This document shows, piece after piece, positions 21,564-33,800 of a stretch of 64,000 nucleotides of DNA (its first letter is position 1; each line of letters starts with the position of its first letter). Under the pieces are notes generated by a model that did not search any database, was not told where the DNA came from, and saw nothing but the letters and a program-made list of their open reading frames with translations. Location of the stretch: the NCBI GenBank assembly GCA_032718475.1, contig JAUCBJ010004934.1, forward strand, positions 1 to 64,000, given 5' to 3'. Position numbers and translations under genes: made by a program. The stretch comes from Nemertoderma westbladi (lineage: Eukaryota; Animalia; Xenacoelomorpha).

Positions 21564-23592
21564 ATTACAATCCCTCTAAAGTCGTGGTTGTCAACATCAT
21601 ATAATTATATATTTACAGTGACCTGTCATGGCCGACAATTAGTGGAAGTTGGGGGAGCAGTCAAGGGGATCAGTCAAGGGGATCAGTCAAGGGGAGCAGT
21701 CAAGGGGATCAGTCAAGGGGAGCAGTCAAGGGGAGCAGTCAAGGGGATCAGTCAAGGGGAGCAGTCAAGGGGAGCAGTCAAGGGGAGTACATTATTAAAA
21801 ACATGACAAAACTTTTGGTTCTCACAACTTTCAACAAACATTTCCAATGCGACACATCTTGAAGCAGCACACTATCCTACACTGCCTGCTAGGTAATCTA
21901 CTGTTGATGTATCAGTCAATAGATTATATGACCTGCGAGTTGGAAGTCTGACGCTCTAACCATTCAGCTAGCGGCTCAGGTAAAAGATAGACCTGGAAAT
22001 ACTATCTAATACCTTGTATTTCCGCAATTTACATTCTCATGGCCTCCCACCTGTCAATACCATCATCTGCTGCCACTGAGCTCAACCCTACCGTACTCGG
22101 CCGTCTTTAACCACTCGCTACAATGAAAGAGTAGTGTATATTAACCATGAACAATAACGGCCACAATGATTAATAATTATACACTGTAACTACTAATTTA
22201 TGCAGGACAGTTACACCCATAGAGAAATGCGGATTAGAATTTTGCAGAATTCCAGATAATTTATTGAGTGAGTTAAGAAAAAAATTTCAAGAGAACAATC
22301 TATTGGTTGAGAGTTCTGAAAATACGTACCGGTGCACTTCTATCACAAGAAAATATTATATAATATGATATTTATAAGAAATAAATAATTACGCTAAACA
22401 ATTAATACAAGAATGCTGAATTAATCTATCGAGTTATTACAAATAATCCCCAGAGAGTATAAGTCATTTAGAATCAAAACTCATACATGATTTCAATAGT
22501 TTTATTGTGGTATATATAATACGCTGAATATACAACGCAAGAACTTCCTCGGTTTACTGTACTTATTTTTTCAGTTTCTATGTACGTATGAACACCCTTG
22601 CAATATTGAAAACTTTAATATATTAAAAACAGAAAAATGGTACAGAGTTTCACTGTGATATGTGCAAAAGTATTTTTTTTTAATCTTGTATTGAAATTTT
22701 ACACCTATTTAATATGATTTAAATATTATATTATATTATTGTATGTTATATGAATTAATTAAATTGGTTCCAACAATTAAACTATGTAGTATGCAAGTCA
22801 TTATAAAATCACTGCAACTAAACTTTCAATACCTCAAACGTTTCAATACCTTAGTTTCTAAACCAAAACCTACTCATACATATATGTTATCTAAATGACC
22901 TTGGATCATCGTGTGAGAACCTATTATTATTAGCTTAACATTGAAATACCTCCACTTATTGTGTAGTATATAAGGAATAATTTTGAACCTGAGAGTAGCT
23001 TGGTGAGCTTATTGGGTTGTTTTTACTACTACTCGACTCACATTATTGTATGTCTCTAGCTATTGTTCCAAATTTTTCAAACTCAGTTATCTTTAAACCA
23101 ATATATTTCAGCCATATTGCTATGTCATATCTCCAGCGTTTCAATGGTTTAAAGATAACTTGTTTTACTTAATAATTATTATGTATTTCATTATCCGGAC
23201 TTTACGCCACACCGGCGACTATATTTAAAATGGTCTGGCGAATTTAAATTAAAAATGTCAGATTTACATTTACAATAACGGAGCTAAACCCCAAACAATA
23301 GAGACATACAGTAATTACATTAATGAACGCCAAAAAATCGGCATGTCGCAAAGTCGGTAAATTTGAATCACATTATTGCTTCAGGTACAAACACACAGAC
23401 ATTTGGAGAACGGCCCTAAATTATACCGGTTCGTAATAGTTCTAACTTGTCACACAAATACAACTCACCTTAAACAATAATTTATAAAGATTTACCAAAA
23501 GTAATTTACTAAAGTCACAAACCATGATAAACTCCTAATGAATAGTTTCTTCATACAATCTTTATTTACAGTAACGGGGACCCAAAACTTAC

Positions 23593-23766
23593 CGCAAATC
23601 GGTCCAAAATCTTGTGAAGACTAGCCGAATCCCCTGATTGGCTGACTGAAACCTGGGACCAACGATGCAGTCCATCGGTTGCCCTGCGCAACCAGGCCTG
23701 TAACTCCTGACTTTCTGTCTCGAATCGCGCCCATTTCTCAGCCAACGTCTCAAACTGATGGAGTCC
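23593..23766 (-). CDS. SYNE1: Nesprin-1-like exon (GLHQFETLAEKWARFETESQELQAWL...LDRFA)
   Basis: Acceptor ttttctatag| and donor GCG|GTAAGT; 174 bp open, phase 0/0. Confidence 0.88.
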
Positions 23767-24325
23767 CTATAGAAAATATCGTTTCTATTGTTCATTTGTG
23801 AATATATTTTTACAAAATTGACAGTATATTATATATATATATTTTTTTTTTCTATTATTTGTTATGTTTGTTATTTGTTATAAAGTCAGCATAATATTGC
23901 AACAAAGGAACAGGTATAACAAATATATATCACATAAATTAAAGTCTCTTTGCTGCGGAAGGTGTGCCTGTTGAGACAAACAAGATACTAATAGATGTCT
24001 TAATAGCACAAATGGGAAAAGGTCGCGGTTTGAACCATTCTGAAAAAGACCAAAACTGATAGGAGAATTACTCATCGCACGAGATCGAAATGCTACGTCT
24101 TATAATTATATCAATTCACACATACATCCCGCAGTACGAAAGTAATGACGTGAAAAATTGCACAGGTAATTTATTCTACAATAACTTTCTACATTTCTAA
24201 TTGGAAAATAGGATTTTCAGAGATTAAAAACCCCTCAATACAAAATGATTGCAAGTATATATTGCCCTAAAAACAGCATAACTGACAACTACCAGTGTTT
24301 CTACGAATACAATTATTTAACTAAC

Positions 24326-24481
24326 CTGAATTACATCGGATGTAAGTTGTAACCACCTTTCGGAGAATCCGTTAAGTTGTAACTCTAAGGCAGGGCAATG
24401 AACTCCTGACAGTAGTGAATGGCATTCCCCCATTACATGCTGCACTAATGGCTCTTTATTTTTGATAGCTCGCTGTATCAC
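24326..24481 (-). CDS. SYNE1: Nesprin-1-like exon (VIQRAIKNKEPLVQHVMGE...SERWLQLTSDVIQ)
   Basis: Acceptor tttacgcag| and donor CAG|GTTAGT; 156 bp open, phase 0/0. Confidence 0.85.
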
Positions 24482-24916
24482 CTGCGTAAATATTTTATGA
24501 AATTATATTTCTTTAGAAGAACAAAAAATTTACGAAAATAAATTTTATTAAAAGTTGGAATATTACATTACGCAACGTAACTACGTACAGGTAGGTCAGG
24601 GTGAATATAAAGTAGTACTTTATATTGCTGGTGACTTAATGAGACAGGTGAAAATCCATTGGCATTCATATTAAAAACTTTTACTTAGGAGTTAATCCCA
24701 TTACCGGTACATCAAGCACCGGCAGACCACCAATTACTTTCATTTTACAGTTCAGCAGTATATTGTAGGGTTGTAACCCGTAGGCCTACATACCTAATAA
24801 ATATATATGTTATATATTTAAGTAAAGTAACATGTAATATTATGGTAATGAATATTATGCATATAACTATATATTAATTAAAAAGGTGATATACCAAGAA
24901 CTATATGGAACCGTAC

Positions 24917-25093
24917 CTTGTATCTATCCAGGTAGGTGTGGATGCTAGACTGATCGTTAAGATTAGGTCTGCTCGCAGGTATCTGTGACGTAAGACCCCG
25001 GAGCCAGGAATCTAGTTGATCGCAATGGGTTTCGAACCAGGTCCATTGAGAGAGAAGGGATTCCATTCGCAGACCCAACTCGTCTGCCATACC
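24917..25093 (-). CDS. SYNE1: Nesprin-1-like exon (GMADELGLRMESLLSQWTWFETHCDQLDSWL...YLDRYK)
   Basis: Acceptor tccatag| and donor AAG|GTACGG; 177 bp, phase 0/0; spectrin W..F...L..WL pattern. Confidence 0.88.
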
Positions 25094-25496
25094 CTATGGA
25101 ATAGTTATTTATCAATGGGCTGAGTTCAGGGGAATAAACACATTGAATGGGACAATCTTTTCGGCTCATTTAGCCAGAGAATGCCTGCTCAACTCAATGA
25201 GTGATCTTCTACTACCTCTTACATAAAGATAAAATATTCTAGAATATGTTACAATGGGAGATATTCCACAGCACACTTCCTCTCTGATTCGTAAACATTT
25301 TAACATTTATAAACATTTCGAACACAAAAATTACGACACTTATAAAAACTGAGCTCGAAATTCTACAACGTATTTCGAACTTTCGCAAAACAAAGTGTTA
25401 TTTTCTATGTATTATTTAAATCTACTAATTATTAAAAACTGAAACTGAAATTTGCAGACAACTACAGGGCAAACCCAAATATATGTCCCAGTGACG

Positions 25497-25728
25497 ATTA
25501 CACTATACCTGCACTTTATTACACTATACTTCCACTTTATTATCCTATACCTGCAATTTATTACACTATATTTGTACTTTATTACACTATACTTCCACTT
25601 TATTACACTATACTTGTACATTATTACACTATACTTCCACTTTATTACACTATACTTGTACATTATTACACTATACTTGTACTTTATTGCACTATACTTG
25701 TACATTATTACACTATACCTGCACTTTA
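25497..25728 (-). repeat. 21-bp minisatellite (~11 copies) made of a nesprin exon/intron junction
   Basis: Minus-strand unit AAAGTGCAG|GTATAGTGTAAT with variants (GTACAA|GT, GTGGAA|GT); the first copy contains the donor after 25719. Confidence 0.9.
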
Positions 25729-25919
25729 ATGGTCTGTTTGTTGATATTATCCTGTTTGTCCTTATAGAATTCCTTTGTGGTCGGATCAACTCTCTCTAGA
25801 AGTTCGAGTAACACGCAGCGATGTCCCTCAATGTCGTCAAAGAATTCGTTGTGCTGAATCAACTGGTCCTTAAAATCCTCTAAGTCTTTGGCCGATAAAG
25901 ATGAAACTGAAAGTTTACC
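25719..25919 (-). CDS. SYNE1: Nesprin-1-like exon (GKLSVSSLSAKDLEDFKDQLIQHNEFFDDIEGH...TIKVQ)
   Basis: Acceptor ttatttttag| and donor CAG|GTATAG; 201 bp open, phase 0/0. Confidence 0.85.
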
Positions 25920-26030
25920 CTAAAAATAAAAAAAAAGTAACAATAAGGCCACCAGAGAAAAAAATATAAGAAATTAAGGACATAAAAATGTTAAAGAGAT
26001 TGAGATTAATCCTTAACATCGAATTCTCAC

Positions 26031-26225
26031 CTCGGCAATCCTAATGAATTCAAGGAAGTCGTCCAACATTGATCCGTATTGTCTGTGCAACGCCTTCCGA
26101 GCGGATAGCTCCCGTCGTTGCTCGGCAACCAGACGCAACAACTCCTCCCAGTTGGTCTGCAGTAGAGACAGTTCGGCGCCCATCGGTTTTCGAGAGCGCT
26201 GGTCTGAATGCAGAAGTTCCTGACC
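26031..26225 (-). CDS. SYNE1: Nesprin-1-like exon (GQELLHSDQR...LQTNWEELLRLV...FIRIAE)
   Basis: Acceptor cgattttag| and donor GAG|GTGAGA; 195 bp open in phase 0; spectrin-type Trp motif. This frame is not in the ORF track. Confidence 0.85.
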
Positions 26226-26919
26226 CTAAAATCGAAGAAAGCAGAGCATATGTAGTAAAAACAGGAAAAGAAGGTCTATTAGTTATTATCTGTAATTTGT
26301 ATATGCAACGACACATTAAACAACTGCTAGACCGTCGTCAATATAGCTACTTCCTGGGTGGAAAACAAATAGATATTTACGGAAATGTAATTTACATGTA
26401 TGAACAGACAGACAAATTTTCTACTTACATACACGAGACACACGTCGTCGGTTATTAGGCAAAAGGGCATTCGATAAAATATCTTGTTCAGGAGACACTA
26501 AAAACCTTAATAAGTCTTTATTGGTTCAACCAAATTTAATATATTTGGTTTCTGGTGAAAGCTCTTTATCAGTTCTATCTCATAGTACTTGAAAAGACTT
26601 GCTATGATCGATATAAGTTGGTGGCAATAATGGCACCATTAAATGCCCTTTTGGCTTTAGTACATTTTCTTTAAGTAAATTTTCTTCACATGATTTTACG
26701 AAAATTCCCTTTTACACCTGAAAAATGTCCGAAAAAATGCTATATTTTTGAACAAAAATAACATATTGTCATTAATATTGTCATGAACAAAGGACATTGT
26801 CAGGAATCTGTTTGCATAAATGCACTTTTACCAACTTGCCTTTATCCATATTAATGAACAGATACCATCACTGTTCGCTAACGGTTCCACCAATACGTGT
26901 CTCGGCTCACATAACATAC

Positions 26920-27070
26920 CTTTTTGAAGAGATCGATGATAGTATCCTCGTAGCTGTTGAGACGAACACCGAGTTTCTCCGCGGTATCTATGCGTTCATC
27001 TAGACTACTAGTCGTGTCTCTCGCGTTCGAATTCAAATTCGCCTTAATTTCCACTAAAGCCAACTGAAGT
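26920..27070 (-). CDS. SYNE1: Nesprin-1-like exon (LQLALVEIKANL...IIDLFKK)
   Basis: Acceptor tgtgttttag| and donor AAG|GTATGT; phase 2 in, phase 0 out. Confidence 0.85.
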
Positions 27071-27081
27071 CTAAAACACAA

Positions 27082-27112
<31 letters not shown>

Positions 27113-27450
27113 TATGGTTGGGGCCTTGATTAGAAATTGGTTGGTTGTCTAGCCTCAGATAGATTTCAAGTTCAACTATTTTAATCGATCTCATCAATTT
27201 TGCTCTTTTATTTACAGAAATACAGCAGTTTTTAATCTGCAGTTGTGTTGTAATGTTATAATTTTGAAATATAACTACGTACCTGTACATTCCTCATACT
27301 TGGTACTTTACCGTGTTCTGTTCCCCGTATCATTATGTAAACTTATTTACCATCACCACGTTTAGTAAGTGTAAGAAACCACTAGAATCAGCACAATATA
27401 AAGTCCTACTTTACACGCCGTATATAAACAATGATTCCAGCGACACGAAC

Positions 27451-27611
27451 CTCCGTAATTCCTCCTGGTAATGCTTCCATTGGGAACTCATCTCCATCAA
27501 GGTGTTATCGTTGTCTCCTAACTGGACTTCCAGCCCTTTGATTCGTTCTTGTAACTCTCTTATGGTCTGATTGGCGAGTTCCTTCTCTCTCGAGTCAACG
27601 TCGTACAAAAC
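27451..27611 (-). CDS. SYNE1: Nesprin-1-like exon (VLYDVDSREKELANQ...QWKHYQEELRR)
   Basis: Acceptor aaattaaag| and donor AG|GTTCGT; phase 0 in, phase 2 out; matches both neighbours. Confidence 0.8.
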
Positions 27612-27844
27612 CTTTAATTTGAGATAAAAATCAAAATTCTAACGCATTTAATATTAACATTCTCTCCCATGAAATAATTTTTAAACTGTTCCTTAAGAGG
27701 ATTAAGACTAAAAAAAAATACAACATGTTATAAATCTTGACAGATTTCATTTAAATCCTAATAAAACACGGCTTTGTACACTTTTATTATCCGTAACAGA
27801 TATTAATCAAATTTTAAGTTATCGTTTGTTACATTATTACCAAC

Positions 27845-30800
27845 CTTATTACAAGCGTTGTTCATAGATTCAATCCGCCCCTGGAACGATGCCATTTCCT
27901 GGTAGAGCAGAGAATGGTCACGAATCTGATTGTCAACGTCGGTGTTATACTCCTTGGAGAATAATCTCAACTCTAGGTTATCCAGCCAACTGCTCGCTGA
28001 TTGGAGGGCGTCCTGGTAACGGGTCTGGAAGGCCAACGACCGGTCTAGGGCGTCCTGCTTAACATCGAGACGACTCTGCAACGAGTCCCACAACGCGACT
28101 AACCGCTTCAGTTGATCGAGGAGATCCCGCGTGCGGATATCCGTAGTCTCGGTCGCCGAGACTCTCAGGTAACTACGGGGTACCACGGACCTCCGGTAGG
28201 TGGCGTCCTGACTCCCCGAGAGCTGGGCGAGCAGACTGCGTTTCCGTTCCGCCACCTGCCGACAGAGGGCGCCCCATTGGGAGACCACCGTCTCGGTGTC
28301 GATGGACTCCGAGTCCTCCTTATCCGATTCGCTTCCGACTCGTCGCCCCGCCACAACTCGTCGCCCCGTCCGCGCGACCTGCTTCATCGCTTCCCGAGTC
28401 GCCGCGTACTGCCGGTCCAATCGGCGTTGCGCCTCCCGTCGTCTGGCAACCAACTCGGCGCTGGGGGTGTAACTAGGCGACCCAGAGGCTACTGAGTCAG
28501 CCCTATTCCCCGTCAACCAACTCTGTAAATCCCGTAGACCCTTCTCGTAATCGGCAACTTGTTTCTCTCTCTCAATATTCTCTCCCATGATAGAGTTAAC
28601 ATCTTTTATTCTCCCACTAGCTAATCTCAACAACTGCGTTAGATTCTTCTGAATCGCCCTGATCATATCTTTATGGGCGTCCAATTGACCTTCAGGTCGC
28701 TTAGACATCTCTTTAAGTAAATCCAACCGCATATTGGCACCTTCTTGCGCCTCACGGGCTTCAGTAATAAGATTTCTAAGATACTCGTTATCACTTACCA
28801 GTAGCACCTCGGTTGACAGCCTATCAGCAGTTTCCTTCCGCCACTGCTCTAACCTCTGTAGCTCGCTCTTAAACCGGTACACTATCTCCCTTTGGTCCTT
28901 CAACTCTTTCCTGCGAGTGTCCAACTGTCGTATTCTCATCAGAGCCTTCGATTTCAATGTCTCCCACCGCTCCTTCAACATGTTAATCGACTTCCTTTTA
29001 GTTGCCTGATCTTCGGGATCTTGGGATAATTTTTCCCCTTTACGATGCAAATCAGCAATTTCATGAAATAAATTATCCAATTCATACATAACATTATCGA
29101 GTTCCTCTGCCAAGGAATCGAAATCATTATCACTGGTGGCCTCTGTATCAATGTCATCCAATTTATTATTGATATTTGTAAGTTTGGTATCAACGGCCTG
29201 GTAAGCCGATTGATAAGCCAACTGCTGTTCCAGAGCGGCATACAAGGCGGCTTGCTTAGCCTCTGCGCTCTGCTGTAATTGGCCGAAGTCCTTATTAAGA
29301 GTATCCAATCGGTTTCGTCGACTCTCGATAACCCCGCTCTCCCCCTGCACCTTCCCCTCCATGTAGCTGTTCTCTTCGCTTGTCGAACTCCCGGCCGGAG
29401 AGTTTCTTCCGGAGTCCTCCGTTCCCGGCTCCCAAACAGTCGTCGTTTCGCGTCGTCGTTGTCTGGGCGACGAGTCTGGTGACTCGTCATCGCCGCCATC
29501 AAGTGGCGGCTTACGTTCCCGCGATGGAGGCGGCGCAGTGTTCAGCAACTCCGCCGACTCGGCGCTGTACAGCGTCATTCGACCCAACTTCGAGTTAGCG
29601 AACTCAACTTCCGCGCGTCTCGCTCTTTTCATAACCTTCTTCAAAGGAGAACGTCTGTCGATCTTCAATCCTAAAAGTTGCCATTTGTCTGTAAACTCTG
29701 ACGTTTCGTTGTATTCCTTGTTATTGGTAGGAGTGACCTTACCGCTATCAGTAGATTCCACGCCCGCGTAAGTTTGTTTTCTTGAATCCATGGAATCGAG
29801 TTCCAAATAGGTATAATTTCCGCTAGTTGTCCAGGACGACAAAGAATAATCTTCGGTGTCCTCATCAAAATATGTCCGATCAACTCCCTGCATTATGTGT
29901 TTATCGTGGGGTGGGACGGTTTTCGTGTAAGTCTCGTCGTCGAATATTGTAATCTCTTCATCATCAATGGTCACTCTACGTCGGTTTAGATTATCGCTTG
30001 TAAAGTCCCTGCCATCTCTGAACAAACCATCATCACCATCTAATATATCGGAATGCTGATCAGAATCTGTGTCGCTTCCTTTTAGATTCTCGCTGTACTC
30101 TTGAATATCAGTGAGATCGTACTTAACCCCATCAATGTCATCATTATCCCCTACTAAATTCGGAAAACCATCCAAAGGCTCATCTGAAGCAACATCATGT
30201 ACATTTTGCACGCTATCTTCATAAAATTCATCATAATTTACATCGTGATCCGATATTGACCGTTTGGAAGGTTGAGGATTGAAATGAACTTTTCGTAAAT
30301 AAGAATCCGAATGACCGCGGTCAGACGAATGGGATGACAATTCAGATGACCACTCACGACTGCTTTCCGACAAATACGAGATATAATTACTGTCAACATT
30401 AATTGTCCTCCTTCTATTATCCTCTAAACTGCTATTTGATGATGACAATACTCGAGATTTCATTCTGATTTCCGAATATTCGCCATCTTGATCTTCATTG
30501 TCCTTCACTTTAATTTTCACATGTAACTTAGTCGGCGATTTAACCGATTGGTAAATAACTTCATCTGCTGTCGAACTGCGACGCAGCAATGGTAATGGTT
30601 CAGTTCTGTAGTAACGTATTCTACCGCCACTATGACGTCCATGTACAACTTCCTTTGATGCCTCGGCGTCATCTACGACACCATAGGGAATACGAGACAC
30701 GGCCATGACGTCATCATTAGGTAAGTGTTTTTTATCTTTAGGTGGTGTGCACCACCATGCGATTGGATCATCTTTATCTATATCTGAAAGAGAATCAGCG

Positions 30801-33800
30801 ACGCGATGTATAACAGAAAGGTTACTAGAGATGTCACTTGCTTCCATATCGATGCTGCTACATTCCAATGACGAATCCGATGATAAAGTGTCGTTTTTAA
30901 CGCGGCCCCAAATGGAGACACCCGGCACTGGAATCATGTTATCACTTTCATCGTCACCATCATCAACAACATTCGCTGTAGAAAGATTATATCTAAAGTT
31001 ATCCGAATCTTCAAACTCGATACCATCAGTATATCCCGCATCACAAGCTTCGATCTCGTGTTTTAAATCTGGTAGAACAGAAGTAGTATGAAAGATATCA
31101 CTCTCTGTAGCAACGGTGTCATTTACTGAAAAAGAAACGTCATTGTAGTCTTTATTAGTTATACTTAACGTGGCATCAAAATTGTCCTTATTCACAACAT
31201 TACCATAGATACATGCACCGGTATCAATATCTTGTTCTGCAAAGTTGTTGCCGGCAACAATTGCTTTCATGACATATTTCTTACGAATATTTGGAGTTTC
31301 AATGTCAATATCAGTAACACTTGAATTAGCGATATCAAGGTCAGTTGAATCAATCATAAGTTCAATTTTGGTAACAGTGAAGGGAATTTCACGATCCACA
31401 ACAGTGTTGTCGACGATATCAATGTCAACTGCGGTTGGTTTAACAACATCCTCGTCAGAAACCTTTGGTTCGGCAATATCTTCATCAAGAACAGTTGGCT
31501 CCACACCAATTATTGATTCAATATTGGTAACTGTGAAGGGAATCTCACGATCCACAACAGTGTTGTCGACGATATCAACGTCAACTGCGGTTGGTTTAAC
31601 AACATCATCATCAGAAACCTTTGGTTTGTCAATATCATTATTAAGGACAGTTGGTACCACACCTATTATTGATTCAATATTGGTAACTGTGAAGGGAATT
31701 TCGCCATCTACAATAGTGTGGTCGACAATGTCAATGTCAACTACAGTTGGTATTGAAACATCATCATCAGAAACCTTTGGTTCGGCAATATCTTCATCAA
31801 GAACAGTTGGTACCACACCTATTATTGGTTCAATATTGGTAACAGTGAAGGGAATTTCACCATCCACAACAGTGTGGTCGACAATGTCAATGTCAACTGC
31901 GGTTGGTTTAACAACATCATCATCAGAAACCTTTGGTTTGTCAATATCATTATTAAGGACAGTTGGTACCACACCTATTATTGATTCAATATTGGTAACT
32001 GTGAAGGAAATTTCGCCATCTACAATAGTGTGGTCGACAAAGTCAATGTCAACTACAGTTGGTATTGAAACATCATCATCAGAAACCTTTGGTTCGGCAA
32101 TATCTTCATCAAGAACAGTTGGTACCACGCCTATTATTGGTTCAATATTGGTAACAGTGAAGGGAATTTCACCATCCACAACAGTGTGGTCGACAATGTC
32201 AATGTCAACTGCGGTTGGTTTAACAACATCATCATCATAAACCTTTGGTTTGGCAATATCGTCAATAAGGACAGTTGGTACCACGCGTATTATTGGTTCA
32301 ATATTGGTAACTGTGAAGGGAATTTCGCCATCTACAATAGTGTGGTCGACAATGTCAATGTCAACTACAGTTGGTATTGAAACATCATCATCAAAAACCT
32401 TTGGTTCGGCAATGTCGTCATTAAGGACAGTTGGTACCACGGCTATTATTGGTTCAATATTGGTAACAGTGAAGGGAATTTCACCATCCACAACAGTGTG
32501 GTCGACAATGTCAATGTCAACTGCGGTTGGTTTAACAACATCATCATCAGAAACCTTTGGTTTGTCAATATCATTATTAAGGACAGTTGGTACCACACCT
32601 ATTATTGATACAATATTGGTAACTGTGAAGGGAATTTCGCCATCTACAATAGTGTGGTCGACAATGTCAATGTCAACTACAGTTGTTATTGAAACATCAT
32701 CAACAGAAACCTTTGGTTCGGCAATATCTTCATCAAGAACAGTTGGTACCACGCCTATTATTGGTTCAATATTGGTAACAGTGAAGGGAATTTCACCATC
32801 CACAACAGTGTGGTCGACAATGTCAATGTCAACTGCGGTTGGTTTAACAACATCATCATCAGAAACCTTTGGTTTGGCAATATCGTCATTAAGGACAGTT
32901 GGTACCACGCCTATTATTGGTTCAATATTGGTAACTGTGAAGGGAATTTCGCCATCTACAATAGTGTTGTCGACGATATCAATGTCAACTGCGGTTGGTT
33001 TAACAACATCATCATCAGAAACCTTTGGTTTGGCAATATCGTCATTAAGGACAGTTGGTACCACGTCTATTATTGGTTCAATATTGGTAACTGTGAAGGG
33101 AATTTCGCCATCTACAATAGTGCGGTCGACGATATCAACGTCAACTACAGTTGGTATTGAAACATCCTCATCAGAAACCTTTGGTTCGGCAATAACTTCA
33201 TCAAGAACAGTTGGCTCCACACCAATTATAGGTTCAATATTGGTAACAGTAAAGGAAATTTCACCATCTACAACCGTGTTGTCGACAATGTCAATGTCAA
33301 CTGCGGTTGGTTTAACAACATCATCATCAGAAACCTTTGGCTCGGCAATATCTTCATCAAGAACAGTTGGCTCCACACCAATTATAGGATCAATATTGGT
33401 AACTGTGAAGGGAATTTCGCCATCTACAATAGTGTGGTGGTCGACAATGTGAATGTCAACTACAGTTGGTATTGAAACATCATCATCAGAAACCTTTGGT
33501 TCGGCAATATCTTCATCAAGAACAGTTGGCTCCACACCAATTATAGGTTCAATATTGGTAACAGTGACGGGAAATTCACCATCCACAACCGTGTTGTCGA
33601 CGATATCAATGTCAACTGCGGTTGGCTTAACAAAATCATTATCAGAAACCTTTGGTTTGTCAATATCGTCATTAAGGACAGTTGGTACCACGCCTATTAT
33701 TGATTCAATATTGGTAACTGTGAAGGGAATTTCACCATCCACAACAGTGTTGTCGACGATATCAATGTCAACTGCGGTTGGTTTAACAACATCATCATCA

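Larger units (their letters stand above)
19761..22140. repeat. Near-identical tandem duplication: 19761-20914 and 20948-22140
   Basis: Both copies begin CTAGCTCGGACAAAACTC and end AAGAGTAGTGTATA. They differ mainly in an internal 13-bp repeat, CAGTCAAGGGGA(T/G), with 7 vs 10 copies. Confidence 0.95.

Noticed and set aside
25412-25799. ORFs with YKYSVI / FITLYL repeats
   Set aside because: Translations of the 21-bp intronic array; the real exon uses another frame and ends at 25719.
27803-27844. Giant ORF as a complete single-exon gene ending at 27803
   Set aside because: It ends mid-spectrin repeat, and a phase-compatible donor/acceptor pair continues the reading frame at 27611.
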